64,000 nucleotides of DNA from Octopus vulgaris (GCA_951406725.2 OX597834.1:20274001-20338000); one strand, 5' to 3'; positions 35,658-50,407 are shown, numbered from the stretch's first letter. Notes: generated by a model from the letters alone, not told the origin. A program made the numbers and translations.

Positions 35658-37037
35658 ATAACAAGAATATTTTTTCGTTTTGGGATTTGGTTTGCAAGAT
35701 TCTTTATATGAGTTCGTGTGTTGAAGCATACATACATATGCATACACACACATATATACATACATACATACACATGCAAACACACACACACATACATTCG
35801 TACATGCATTCATGTACAGGCACACACACACTGACCCACACACATGCGCACAAAGAAACAAAAGGGAACGCAGTGTAAATAACGGACAGAGTCAAGACTA
35901 TTGAAAAGGTTGCAAGACGCAACGAAAATTTTAGAAAATAAAAATAAGAAATGAGTGGAAATTTTACCGGTGAGTGTGTTAAATAATAAGGCACTAAAAG
36001 AGAATGACTCTCCCCAGACACAACAGAAGAATATTTTTTATTCTTTCTTTATATTTATTTTTGTACCACAAGGGTGATGTGCTGCATGTTATTCCAAGGA
36101 CAAACTACCAAAATGGCGTGGCGAAGTGTTCCATGGAACAAACACCTGTTTCTGTACCTCTATTCATATTTAACCTCACATCACCTGACATAAAGTCACT
36201 TCCCTCAATTCTCCTTCTCTTCCACCTCAACCTCTCAGCTGAAGGATCGTGTCTTGCAAGTTACTCAGTCACCTCACTGATGCTGGTGCCACACTAAAAG
36301 CACTCAATGCATTCTGTAAATTGGTTGGCATTAGGAAAGTCATCCAGTCATAGGAACCATTGAAAAGGAGATAGTAGAACCTGGAGCAGTCTTCTGGCTT
36401 GCTTGCTCTTCCCAAACTGTCCAACCAACAAGAGATTGGAAAATGGATGATAAATGGCAATGGAGGTGATGATACATTTGAAACACTTCTGCCAATGTCT
36501 TCCAATTCCATCTGAACTTTGTGTACAAAACATCTTGCAATTTAGAAAGTTGGCAATTATTAAATTGCTCTCTTCCATTCGAGTGGCAATAATGGCTGCA
36601 TGTCTTTCCATTTCTTAGGTTAGCATTATATTTTATCTACCATACAATGTCTGAAAGAGAAATAAAAACCTTTCAGCTGGTTTAAAGGGAATTAGAAATC
36701 CCTACCCTGGATGGATATATATATATATGTAATTATGTATGTATGTAGGTAGGTAGGTAGGTATTTATGTATGACTTTAGTTCAGCATGGTGATATTAAT
36801 GGTTGTTGTTAGAACTCAATATACATATGAATTAGAACAAAGTATTGAGTACAGGTGGAAGGAGGAAGGAAGGAAGGAAAGGAAGGATATTTTACATATG
36901 GCTGCATCATGAGAGAAGGAGAAAGAATAAAACAGGAAAAGATAGTGGGATAGACAATGTGTTGGGGACTGCTTGTGTGCTTGTGTGTGGGAGAAAATGG
37001 ATTGATATATACATATGAGTATATGTGTGTGTGTATG

Positions 37038-37070
<33 letters not shown>

Positions 37071-37193
37071 TTGTGTGTATGTATATATATATATATGTAT
37101 ATGTATATATATAATGTATATATATATGTATGCATATATGTATGTACGTATACACATAAATATCTGTATATATATGTATATATGTGTGTGTAT

Positions 37194-37240
<47 letters not shown>

Positions 37241-37397
37241 GAGTGAGAGAGATACATGGATACATAGATGAGGGAGAGAGGGATGCATACATAGATGCGA
37301 AGATAGATGGATGGACAAATATATGTGTGTATGTTTATATATATATATGTATGTATGTATGTATGTATATATGTATGTATATATGTGTGTATGTATG

Positions 37398-37437
<40 letters not shown>

Positions 37438-37508
37438 GAGAGAGAGAGATGGACTCATATACATATATATATATATATATGTACACATACACCCGCATAC
37501 ACATATAT

Positions 37509-37547
<39 letters not shown>

Positions 37548-38121
37548 AAGACATATATATATATATAGTTAGATAGATAGATGGGGAGATAGACAAAGAG
37601 GAGAGAGGGAGAGAGAGAAAGAAAGAAAAAGAAAGAGGCAGAGAAAGTCATAGTGTTCTTCAGTTTTTCAATGTCACTTCATTTGGAAAGATACCAGCCA
37701 GGGTTATTTTGAATTTTGGTAGAAGGGACCAGCGGAGAAGGGGTGGGGGTGAAGTGGGTTTCAAAAGCCTTTAAGCACATCCCTAGGAATTTGGCAGCAA
37801 TTCCAATTTTATGCAAAGTTATTTGAAATCAATTTTCTACTGATCCCTTGTGCGTCCCTGAATAAGAAGGATAAGGAGAGCGAACGGCAAGGATTGCAAT
37901 AGGTAGAGTGGTGTTGAGGGTTTTGGGGGGCTGTTTGGCGTGTTGGGTGTGTTGGAGAAGGGCACTTGCTTGTCAGAAGGATGAAGATAATTAAGGCATT
38001 TCTAAATTCAAAATAGAGTCCCCTTCTGCTGCAGTCACCACCAACACCGCCTCCATTGCTATTGAGTATATCGCTTTTACATACACACACATACATATAT
38101 TTACACATATATACACTCAAG

Positions 38122-38152
<31 letters not shown>

Positions 38153-38213
38153 GTATGCACACACACACACACAAACACACAATATGTATGCATACATATA
38201 TGTGTGTACATGA

Positions 38214-38260
<47 letters not shown>

Positions 38261-38927
38261 CACATATACATGCCTGTGCATATATACATGTATACATATA
38301 TGCATGTGTGTTTATATATATATATATATATATATATATGCATATGTGAGTATATGTTTCTCACCTTTTTGTAATGCACATGCGCATACATTTATATACA
38401 TGTATGCATGTGAATGTGTGTGTGTATATATATATCTATATATATATGTATGTATGTATGTATGTATATATATATATATATATGCTCATTGCAAAAGGTG
38501 AGAAGCAGAGCTGGTGAGAGTAAGTGATGATAATTTCGTTCACCATCACTTATGCATTCCATACCACCACCAACCGCCACCATCACCATTACCACCACCA
38601 CTACCACCACCTCCTCCACCACCACCACCACCTCCTCCACCACCACCACCACCTCCTCCACCACCACCACCACCACCATCCTAACCCTAACCCTATATTA
38701 TCCGAATCAACACTGATTGTAAATTGATATCTACTGTTGATACAATGCATGTTCAATACAACTAATCAACAGTGGAGAAATGGCAGCGTCTTTTATTCTT
38801 TGATTCCAATCTGTTGTTTGTATTTACAACAGGGGACGGTGCCAAACACCTCGTTTATGAACATTCACAGATCAATATAATGAATGAATAAATAAATAAA
38901 TAAATAAAGAGGGGGCTACTGACAGTG

Positions 38928-38928
38928 G

Positions 38929-38973
<45 letters not shown>

Positions 38974-39028
38974 TATTATCGTCATCATCATCATCGTCAT
39001 CATCATCATCATTATCATCATCATCATT

Positions 39029-39069
<41 letters not shown>

Positions 39070-39070
39070 T

Positions 39071-39108
<38 letters not shown>

Positions 39109-39109
39109 T

Positions 39110-39147
<38 letters not shown>

Positions 39148-39148
39148 T

Positions 39149-39179
<31 letters not shown>

Positions 39180-40336
39180 TCGTCATCATCATCATCATTA
39201 TCATCGTCATCATCATTATCATCGTCATCATCATTATCATTGTCATCATTGCCATCATTGACATCATCATCATCATCATTGCCATCATCATCATCATTGC
39301 TATCATCGTCATCATTATCATCGTCATCATCATCATCGCTGTATCCAATGTCATTAGCCTTATGCTTTTTGTTGTGACCATCTATACGATCATCATTATC
39401 GTTATCGCTGTCACCACAACCACTGCATTCTTGGTCACCACCACCTCCGACACCACCACCACCACCACTACTGTAACTGCCACCATCATCATTACTCGTA
39501 TTATCACTGCAACTATCATCATCACCACTACCACCAAGATCACCACCAGCATCATTATTACCACCACCACCACCACTACCAGCACCACAATCACTATCAT
39601 CACCAGCATTACTTCACCAACACCACCATCACCACCATCATCATCATCACCATTATCAACTTCACCAGTACCAACATCACCACCATCACCACTACCAGCA
39701 CCACCATCACCACTACTACCATCACTATCACCATCACCACCATCAACATCAGCACCAGCAATATCATCACCATCACCACCATCACCATCATCATCAATAC
39801 CAACATCACCACCACCATCACATTACCATCGCCACCACTATCACCACCATCACCATCACAGTCACAACCACTATCACCTCTATCACCACTACATCCGTTA
39901 ACATTACCATGCTTTTCTACTTCCTCTCCACCAGCCCCACCTTCATTTCAGACACTATCACTACTGCCACTACTACCCACACCACAGTCTCTACTTCTGA
40001 CACTAATATCATCATCATCATTGTTGTCATCATAATCACGCCTATTTATGACTACTAGCACCACCACTGCTACTACCACCACCACCACCACAAACAACCA
40101 TTACAGCCTCCTACTCTTCTGCATTGTCATGGTTACCATTACCTCCCACCAACTCTCTTAATGTCATTGCTGACTTTGATCCCATCATCATCATCACCAT
40201 CATAGCAAACATCATCATCACCTCCGTCTCCATCATCACCACCATCAGTGATACCATCATCATCTGCATCATCGATATCAACATCAACATAATCGTCACC
40301 GCTGCCTACATCATCATCATCTCCATCATCACCGTT

Positions 40337-40371
<35 letters not shown>

Positions 40372-40430
40372 TAACATTTTCATAATCATCACCACTGCCA
40401 ACATCATCATCATCATCATCATCAGTGATT
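38928..40430. repeat. Long (CAT/CAC)n compound trinucleotide region
   Basis: (CAT)n with periodic tattatcg interruptions at 38928-39240, then degenerate CAC/CAT tracts. Confidence 0.92.
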
Positions 40431-40659
40431 TCTAGCACTCTTACAACATCATGCACCAACAGGACGGAGTAGAAATATCGTTAACACTGTTCCTTCATTG
40501 ATGTGTCTTTTTTGCTTTTCTTTAATCTTTAATCATTCCCAAACTTGCTGTTGCTGCCACTGGTCTTACTGTTGTTGGTTATGATGTTGTTGTTAAGCTC
40601 CAGAACAGGCTCTGATCCAGCAGACCTAAGATTTAACCTATTACCATTTAAACCAGCCA

Positions 40660-40855
40660 TATTCTGCCAGTGGCATGTAAAAAGCACTATCCAAATGTGG
40701 CCAATGCTAGGGTTGCCTGACTGGGCCCCTCCTTGCATGCCGGTGCCACGTAAAAAGCTCTATCTGAACATGATTGATGCCAGGCCCACTTGACTGGCTC
40801 CTGTGCTGGTGGCATGTAAAAAGCACCCACTACACTCTCGGAGTGGTTGGTATTA
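40660..40855 (+). mobile_element. Family D element, 5' repeat region
   Basis: Three gtggca(c/t)gtaaaaagc-type units followed by cacccactacactctcggagtggttgg. Confidence 0.82.
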
Positions 40856-42112
40856 CCTAAAGGAGTAACTGAAATAAAACCCCTTCTGTTGCTCCCATCC
40901 AGTATTTTAGAACTTTATTGTCTTGAAAATCTAACGTTACTGAAATTGTATAAAAACTCTGTTGCTATTTGCAGTCATTTTACAGTGATTGCAATGGGTT
41001 TGGTTTAAGGAACAGTCTCTCCTCACCTGCCTGGAATCTCTTTTACTCTTTGAAAGACTTTATTCATGTGATGCCCTGAAGCACTTGGAAATCAGAGTTT
41101 AAACAGTTCATATTGGATATTTTCTCCTTTTGCTTGCTATGACACATAGTTTCACGGGGAGAGAGAGAGAAAGATGAAGGGAGGCAAATACATGTGTTTG
41201 TGTGTGTGTGTGTAGTGTAGGGTAGTGTGTGTATGTGTGTTTGCCTGTGTGTGTGTAGTGTAGGGTAGTGTGTGTATGTGTGTGTAGTGTGTGTAATGGA
41301 AAGGGGACAGAATATATTGCTGTGCCCTCAAGCAAGTACAGGATTTCATTTCTTATAAGAATGTCCAAAAATAAAAAGGATTTTAAGGTAAGCTAGGGGG
41401 AATTATAGTGATGGTCATGGAAGGGAGGAAAATGGCGCAGGGGTAGTTTCTCTTGAGAATTTTGTTTGGAATAGCAAGGATAATTGTTGTTGTTGTTGTG
41501 GTGGGGGCAGCATCGGTTCTGCCGAGGATGAATTTGAAGTTAGTGGTGATGGAGTGGAATGCAATGTTAGTCATGCTTCTGCTGGTATAGGGAGCAGTAA
41601 CAGTTTGCATCACTAAAGATAGCAAGGAAAGGTTTACCACCTTTTTCATATTCCTCTGTTTTTCTTTTTCTTCTTTTTTTTTTGAATTTCATGACTGGAA
41701 AATTACCTTGTGTTATTTACATTCTGTGTTCAAATCCTGTCACAGTCATCTTTGCCTTCTTTTGCCTTTCATCTTTTTGTGGTCAATAAGATGAAGTGCA
41801 AGTCAAGTACCAGGGTCAAATGAAGTGACTAATCCCATCTTGCTAAAATTGCTGGCCTTGTGCATGAAAGTGACATGCTGGCAGGATTGTTAAGACCCTG
41901 GGAAAATGCTTAGCAACATTTCGCCCCTCTAAATGTTCTGAGTGCAAATTCTGCTCAGGTTGACTATACCTTTCATCTATTCAGGATCAATGAGTTTAGA
42001 AGCAGTTGAGCATTGGCATTGATACAATTGACAAGCTCTCCTCCTCCTTCAAAATTGCTGGCCTTGGGCAAAAATTGAAAACATTATTACTATTATAATA
42101 ATAATAATAATA

Positions 42113-42163
<51 letters not shown>

Positions 42164-42826
42164 TTCATCAAGGAGGTGAGCTGGCAGAGTTTTTGCAGTA
42201 CCAGGTAAAACAACAATAATAATAATAATAATGATAACAATAAATAAATTAATCATAAATCTTCTGAGATCCATGGTCAATAACATGAGACATGGATGCA
42301 GAAGGTGTGAAGAAAATAGTTTATTAGCAAATTCCTTCGAGCAGAACTGTCTTGGAGAGATGAGCATCTTGGTGAGGAAGAAATCAAAATGGGAATCATT
42401 GCAGTATTATTCACATACCATGAGTAACTACTGCAGTAGCGGTGGTGGTGGTGGCGGCAGTAGTGGTGGTGGTGGCAGCGGTGGTTTTGTTGTTGTTGTT
42501 ATAAAGGTGTTGAATTGGCTGAATCATTACAGTAATAGAACGATTTGCAATGTTCATTCTGGCTCTCCATGTTCTTGTTTCAAGTCTTGCCAAAATCAAC
42601 TTTGCCTTTCATTTTCTCTGAGGGTCAGTGAAATATACCCTCAACCTTGTATAGTACTTGGGTTCATCTTATGAGCTAATTCCCCTTCCCTTGAAATTAC
42701 TGGCCTTGTGAGTGTTGGCAACTGGAAAGGTATCCAGCCATAACATAAAAAAAATCTACTTCATGAAAATTTTGTCCAGCCCATGTGAGCATGGAAAGCT
42801 CAATATTAAATTATTATTATTAATAC

Positions 42827-42869
<43 letters not shown>

Positions 42870-42902
42870 ATTATTGATGTTGTTATTATTATTATTATTA
42901 TT

Positions 42903-43125
42903 AAGGCAATGGGCTGGCAGAATCGTTAGCATGCTGGGCAAAATGTTTAGCAGTATTTTGTCTGCCGCTATGTTCTGAGTTCAAATTCCACCGAAGTCAA
43001 GTCGACTTTGCCTTTCATCCTTCCGGAGTCGATAAAACAAGTACCAGTTCCGAACTGGGATCGATGTAATCGACTTAATCCCTTCCCCCAAATTTGAGGC
43101 CTTGTGCTTCCCATAGAAAGGCTTA
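42903..43125 (+). mobile_element. SINE family B within (TAT)n
   Basis: gctggcagaatcgttagc ... gactttgcctttcatccttccggagtcgataaa. Confidence 0.9.
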
Positions 43126-43916
43126 TTATTATTATTTTTATTGAGTTAGAGAGCAGTTCATGCCATCAAAGTGACACTGGGGTAAAATATACGAAGCCCA
43201 ATATACCCATCATGACTACCCGTCTGATAAGGGTACACCAGGCACATGCATCACAACCATATGTGCGCGACATCATGATCTCATATCAAGATAAACAGCA
43301 CATGACCTTGCAGGTGGGGCCCAGTTAGAAATTTCTTCAGGTTGAGTAGCCCATGCCGCTCAAAAGGTCCCTGAATAAGGGTTGTTTATATTATTATTAT
43401 TATTATTAGTAGTAGTAGTAGTAGTAGTAGTGGTGGAGGAGGAGGTATTGTCACTTTTCAACTGTTAAAATATATAACATTCCACTCTATCATAAAGCAT
43501 TTACATGAATAATGTACAAAGCTGTTGCTCTCTGCGACAAATATCATCGAACTTCTAAACGACCTGAAAACTATCTAAATTAAGAAAAACACCAACCTCT
43601 TCCCCACCCCCACAATTATTAACGACGCCGCCGATGATGATTATGATAAGGTTAGCAAAGCCAGTAATACCAAGCGCTGCTTACGAAGATGGTGGTGGTG
43701 ATGATGATGATGATGATGCTGGGATGGTCATCGTTGGTCGGTGGCTGTAACTTATGGTTATGTTATGTGATAAATGATAAATGCAATGTTGAATTACTCA
43801 TGCCTTCGCACCTCTGGTGTATTTCAAATGGCAAATGTGGTTGCCACTGACGTCTGGGATTGGTGAAATAGTGAAGTGAATGAATCAGGCAGATTTGGAA
43901 AGCTGTTTATGGGGAC

Positions 43917-43948
<32 letters not shown>

Positions 43949-44864
43949 GTATGTAGGTATATATAAATATATATATGTATGTGTATATCAATATATATAT
44001 ATGTGTATGAATGTATATAGAAATATATATATGTAGGTATATATAAAAATATATATGTATGTATATATAAATATATATATATGTATGTATGTGTATATAA
44101 ATATATAATGTGTCTGTGTGTATGGATGTAAATATAAATATATATATGTAGGTATATATAAATACATATATGTATATATAAATATATATATATATATACT
44201 GTATATAGATATATATATGTATAAATATATATGTATATATATGTGTATATGTATGTATGAATATGTGTATGTATGTGTGTATGTATGTGTATATATGTAT
44301 GTATATCTGTCTACCTATCTATATATACACGCATACACACACACGCATACATGCATAAGTTGTTGTTGTGTACAAGTACTATACTGTGAAAGTTCCAATC
44401 ATGTGAAATATCTGTCCTGCAGTTTTCATTAACCGGAATAGTTTAAAGAAGAAATGACTAATAGTTTACAGGTTAGTCACAAGAAGAAAGAAAAAAAACA
44501 AATGCTGTAAGGAAACCAGAAAACAAATCTTCAGGAAAAAATAAAGTACAATAATAATGAAAGAAGTGAAGAGCAAATGAAGAACTGCCTTGGTTTAATG
44601 AAATCATATGAGCAACCATTGCAACAGAACTGACACTGACACAGTCATTTGTCACCTCCACTCCTCCACTGAAAAATATAAATAAAACTTAATGTGGGAC
44701 ACACACAGACACACACACACACATACACACACGCATAGGTTTTGCTTTATTTTTCATATCTTTAATAGACATGCGTGCATCTATATATGTGTGGGTATGT
44801 GCTTATGTTTCTTCCTTTTATGCTTTTAATAAATGTGTACACACACACACATGCATATATATAT

Positions 44865-44979
44865 ATACATGTGTATATTTAAAGGGCTAAAAACCACTGT
44901 AGACAGCCATATGCTGATCTACTTCTAGCATATGGCTGTCCACATAGTGGTTTTTAACCCTTTAAATATACACATGTAT
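44865..44979. repeat. Near-perfect hairpin (~51-bp arms, 11-nt loop)
   Basis: atacatgtgtatatttaaagggctaaaaaccact..gacagccatatgct pairs with agcatatggctgtc..agtggtttttaaccctttaaatatacacatgtat. Confidence 0.92.
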
Positions 44980-45056
44980 TAGAATTTTCTCTGATTTTTC
45001 AGATTTTTGTATGCAAATTAAATTAATATTCAATTTATCTCCCTAATTATTTAAAT

Positions 45057-45099
<43 letters not shown>

Positions 45100-45103
45100 T
45101 ATA

Positions 45104-45147
<44 letters not shown>

Positions 45148-46183
45148 TATACATATCTGTTCCTAATTTATCGCTATATATATATATATATGTATGTATA
45201 TCTCTCTTTGTCTCTCCCTATATATGTGTGTGTGTTTGTGTGTATCGACATACACACATATAATGATCATTTAATGTCCACATTTCTTTGCTTGCTTGGG
45301 TCAGACAAAATTTGTTTGTTGAGGCAGAGTTGATGCAGCCTGGATGCTTTTCCTGCTGCCAAACCTTGCCTGCCTCTAGAGAAGGCAATATTGTTTCCTC
45401 ATGGCCAGATACATTTTTTTTTTACGAAAGACTGGAAATGAGTTGCATCTGTAATATATGATAGTGACACTTAATTGCAACCATCACATGATTCTAAAAC
45501 AAAGATATATATGCACACACTCACACATGGTCTTCTTTCAGTTTCTGTGTACCAGATCTATTCCCAAAGTTTTGGCTAGTCCAGGGCTACACTACAAGAC
45601 ACCTGCCTAAGGTGCCTTGCAGTGGGACAGTACCAGAGCCCAGTAATCACACAGGTCTTTTCTCTGATATGTTGCCATTTTTTCATGCAGGAGTAGACGG
45701 TTCCAATTCATTCCTATCTGGGAAACTGTCAGAATATCTAGGAAAAGTCCAGAACAGTCAGGTCACTGGTTAAGGCTATATAAGGTATTACACTTCAGTA
45801 TGCTATTGAGTACTTTTTGCCCACTCATTAAAATCAATGAATATAAACTTATATTTATTGAATGGTTCAATTATGGAGACTCACATACAGATCTTCAAGT
45901 TTCTGAGACAACAATTTGATGATTGCTCTACATTTTCAGCTATTGTAAGTCCAGTGACAAAAACGTAAAAACCTCTGCATATATATATATATATATGCAC
46001 AGGTTTCGTTGGTTTCGTTTTTGTCCGTTTCCTTGGTTTTGTTTTTATGTTTTCGTTTCTCATTGTGTTTGACATTTTTTTTGGTGTCCTGTACCCATAT
46101 ATGCATGTATATATACATATAGATATAGGTACGTACATATATGTATGTATATATGCATATGTTTTATTTATTAAATTGTTATT

Positions 46184-46220
<37 letters not shown>

Positions 46221-46232
46221 CATATATATACA

Positions 46233-46282
<50 letters not shown>

Positions 46283-46477
46283 GAGAGAGAGAGATAGCTA
46301 GATAGATAGATGAACATATATATATGTATGTATACACACACACACACACACAGATATATATTTATATATATATATATCCATATATATAAGTCACAATATA
46401 TGGATTCAGCGAATCTGCTGGTACTCATAAAAAAAGGAGCTCTTTAATGTATCAATCTACAAAACATATTCTCTTAC

Positions 46478-46511
<34 letters not shown>

Positions 46512-47047
46512 GTATGCACGTATGTATATATGTATATATATCTATGTAATGTGTAGTCATACAGATAGATAGACAGGATAAAAATAACAGAAATATAGAG
46601 ACAGATTGATTCTTAGATAGATAGAATGATTGATTGATAGATTGGTGAAGAGATGAAAAAAAAAATCAACACAGAACGAGATTCAGCTTTAAATTACAAG
46701 TGTAATGCCAATAGGAATCAAATGTTTTGCTCCATATTGTCAAGAGAGTTTATAATTTATTCCTATTTTGCCAAAAAAACAACTGTAACAACAACAAGAG
46801 CAAATGAGGAAAAAACAAGGCAAAAAATAAACGAATAATAAACATCTAACAAAGATTTCACTTTGAAAAAAAATTAATTTCATATTTTGGGGGTTAATGT
46901 AGTTAGGATTATCAAGGTTGTCTTTTGAGGTGGAATTTGTGAAGCTCATAACACATCTTTGAGAGATTTATATGGGAAGATGTAAGCTTATACACACACA
47001 GACACATTGCATTATATCTATTACCACTGTATATTATTGTGTGTTCA

Positions 47048-47082
<35 letters not shown>

Positions 47083-47248
47083 TGCACACACACATACATA
47101 TATATGTATTAAATTCCAATGTTAAATTTATATTGATTCCTGTGTTGGAGCATTACTTTTCCTATGTGTGTGTATCTAATCTCTCTCTCTTTTTCTCTCT
47201 CTCTCGCCTTATATAAATATATATATGTATATATATGTATATATATAT

Positions 47249-47314
<66 letters not shown>

Positions 47315-48022
47315 GACACACATACACCCTCCCTTATTTTACATGTTTAAAATATCCTGAAAGTTTTATGGATATTATTGGGGTTTAATTTTTATCACTC
47401 TACCTTTAACTGCAAAAATCTGGATTCTTACACACACACACACACACACACACAACACACACACACACTCAATTTTTTTACAATAACTAAACAACAACAG
47501 CAGGCAAATCCACTTCCATACTTATTGTATTTATGTATATAATTCCTCATTGTATATATTTTATTCATTAGTTTTATTAAACCTTTTTGTTTTCCTTATT
47601 ATTTGTTCTTTGGTGTTAGATTTAAAAATGCTTTCATCTTCAGATATATCTACAAAAATTATCCATCATTTACTCTACACTGCGGTTGTTTTAACATAGG
47701 TGTTGGTGAGGGGAACCACTGTTGGAATTATTTGTTTTTTGTGGGGTTTAAGTGTTGGGGGGTCGTAAACCCCTGCTATCATACCATTTAATCAGTTTCC
47801 TAAAAGCCTTTTCTGATACAAAAAAAAAAGGAGTAGTATATATTTTGTATTCCCTTTAATAAAATAAGCTGGGACTGCCTTCTAAGAAGATTGGAGATTT
47901 AAGTATTTAAAGAATATTTTTTTTTATGTTCACCAATACATGTATGTGGATATATATATATATGTGCATTTATATATATAAGTGTGCATGTGTGTGTGTA
48001 TATATATATATGTAAGTGTGCA

Positions 48023-48062
<40 letters not shown>

Positions 48063-48356
48063 ATAAATAAACATATTTATCATATATATATTTATGATAT
48101 TTATGTATCATATATATATGTATGTATATACACACACATGTATGTATCATATATATATATATATATATGTATGTATATACACACACATGTATATATCATA
48201 TATATACATATATATGATATATACATATATACATGATATATACATATATATATATATTTATATCATATATGTGTATATATATATGTTTGTGTGTGTGTAT
48301 GCATATTAATAAATGATAACAATAATATGTAGGTGGAGATTCATATATATATATAC

Positions 48357-48404
<48 letters not shown>

Positions 48405-49722
48405 GTATGTATACGTGGGTATTTTCATGTCTATATTTGTATGTGTGTTTGTGTATATGGATCTGAAGCTAAACAATTTATTTGCAATAAATTTAGTTAT
48501 GATATTTTTAAGATAGGTTTTGAACTTCACTGTGTTAGGAGAAAGAATGGAGATTTTATTTTCCTTTAACTTTTTTCAACTATATAGCAAAATGAGAATG
48601 AGGTTTTAACATATACTGAAAGATGAAAAATTTAACTTTAAATGATAAAAAAAATAATCAATAACTAAAAAAAAAATGATGCAAAATGTAGAAGAATATT
48701 TGACTGAAGCATTTGGATTAAAGAATTTTATGGAAAATATTCACACTTGAAGAAGTGTATGAGAAATATGAAAAACTGTCTTAGTAGAAGAGAGGAAGAA
48801 TGCACAAATAACAAACTTAAAATGACAGAAATATGGAGAGAAAGATTTTGAGTTTGTGAAGACCGAAGAAAATTATGGAAGACTAAAAGAGACATATGAT
48901 TGGATAAAGTCCAAGCAGAGAGAAGGAGAGAAATATGGAAATATATTCAGAAAAATATGAAGAAAAATGAAATGAAATGAAATGGGATGAATTTATTTTG
49001 GAAGTTTAGGAAAAAAATATATATTTGAAGTGTAGGAAAATATGTGTATATAAAATTAAAGAGCGATATTAAAAGATGAAAAGAGATGTAGAATCAGAGA
49101 GATTGAGTTGTGGAGATACGAAGGAAAGTATGGAAAGTATAAATGAGAAATATTTGGAGAGTTTTAAAAGAAATTTAGAAGGAGATGGTTTATACGGAAT
49201 TATGGAAGTGTGAAGGAAACTATGGAAGTATGGATGGAGACAGCACACTAAACTATGGAAAAGCCAAAGACAAATAGAGAAGAACGAAAAAAGCTACTAC
49301 TACTACTACTTCTTCTATTGTTTTGTGAAGAATGTATAATCTTCTTATTTATCATAGCTAATATTTCCCCTAGGTACAGCAATACCAAATACCTGGTGTT
49401 AGAACTTAAGATACATATGTTTCAGAAGCAAGCATCAACTGAGCTCAGAACAGTAGTAAGTGAGATAACGAAGGAATAACTAATTATCTCATGAACTTCA
49501 TTAGCTTACATCTGTTTCTGCTATAAGATGCAATGCACTCACATTGGTTGCAGGAGTGGCTGTATGATAAGTAGCTTGCTTACCAGCCACATGGTTTCAG
49601 GTTTGGTCCCACTCCGTGGCACCTTGGGCAATTGCTTTTTACTCAGGCTGAATTATGATGTGTCTGTGTGTGTGTGTGTATATATATACTTTATTTAAAA
49701 GCAGCAGAAATTCAACAAAACC

Positions 49723-49758
49723 TGTTACTCGGAGGTTCACGTTCCCGTTCGTCGGACA
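49723..49758 (-). ncRNA. Variant minimal hammerhead motif
   Basis: Minus strand TGT CCGACGA ACG ggaa CGT GAAC CTC c GAG TA ACA. All three helices can pair, with two core deviations (U4C, A15.1C). Confidence 0.5.
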
Positions 49759-49793
49759 TTCCACCTTGTTTCACATTTATGTGTTTACTCCGG

Positions 49794-49848
<55 letters not shown>

Positions 49849-49852
49849 ATGT

Positions 49853-50069
49853 ATACTGATAGGGCACAGACAGTATGTCAATAGCAAACTGGAGGAGATG
49901 TCTTCCTGGGGCTACAAGCTAGAGTAGCATCGACCCTTAAGGGTTAGCCACATTTAGGTGGCAAATATACTTCATGATGTCATGTAGCTACTGTTTATAC
50001 CTCGCACAGAGACTTATTATTGCTCGTTTCCACTTTTTCAAGATCAGTGACTTTTCATCACTGGAAAAA

Positions 50070-50116
<47 letters not shown>

Positions 50117-50407
50117 CATTGAGAGCCACTTCTCATCACCAACTGGTGGTTGTCACTTGCTGATGATGGATCAATACCCAGAAATTTGGGTCCATGTGTA
50201 TCACATCAGGCTAGAGATGGTAGTGATGACTTCCCTTTGCAAATACTGATAGGGTACAGATAGTCTGTCAATAGCCAGATAGAGGAGATGTTTTCCTGAG
50301 GCTACAAGCTACAGTAGCATCGACTCTTAAGGGTTAGCTGCAGTTAGGTGGCAAATATATTTCACGATGTGCTGCAACTGTTTATAGTTTGCTCAGAGAT
50401 TTATTAT
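49853..50407 (+). mobile_element. Hammerhead-containing unit as a 1.4-mer direct repeat (Penelope pLTR/retrozyme-like)
   Basis: ~160-bp direct repeats start at 49855 and 50245 (period 390 including a ~40-bp TA tract). Between them: ACTTG CTGATGA tggat caat accca GAAA tttgg GTC CATGT (50155-50197). Confidence 0.78.

Noticed and set aside
38680-38694. Telomeric (CCCTAA)n
   Set aside because: Only about two units, compatible with chance.
38872-39901. Poly-Met/Ser/Thr ORFs
   Set aside because: (CAT/CAC)n repeats.
43135-43390. Probable repeat fragment in a (TAT)n tract
   Set aside because: Single copy in the window with no diagnostic termini, so it cannot be classified from the sequence alone.
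48590-49260. Purine-rich degenerate region with recurring (t)atggaa motifs
   Set aside because: Low complexity with no clear period or ORF.
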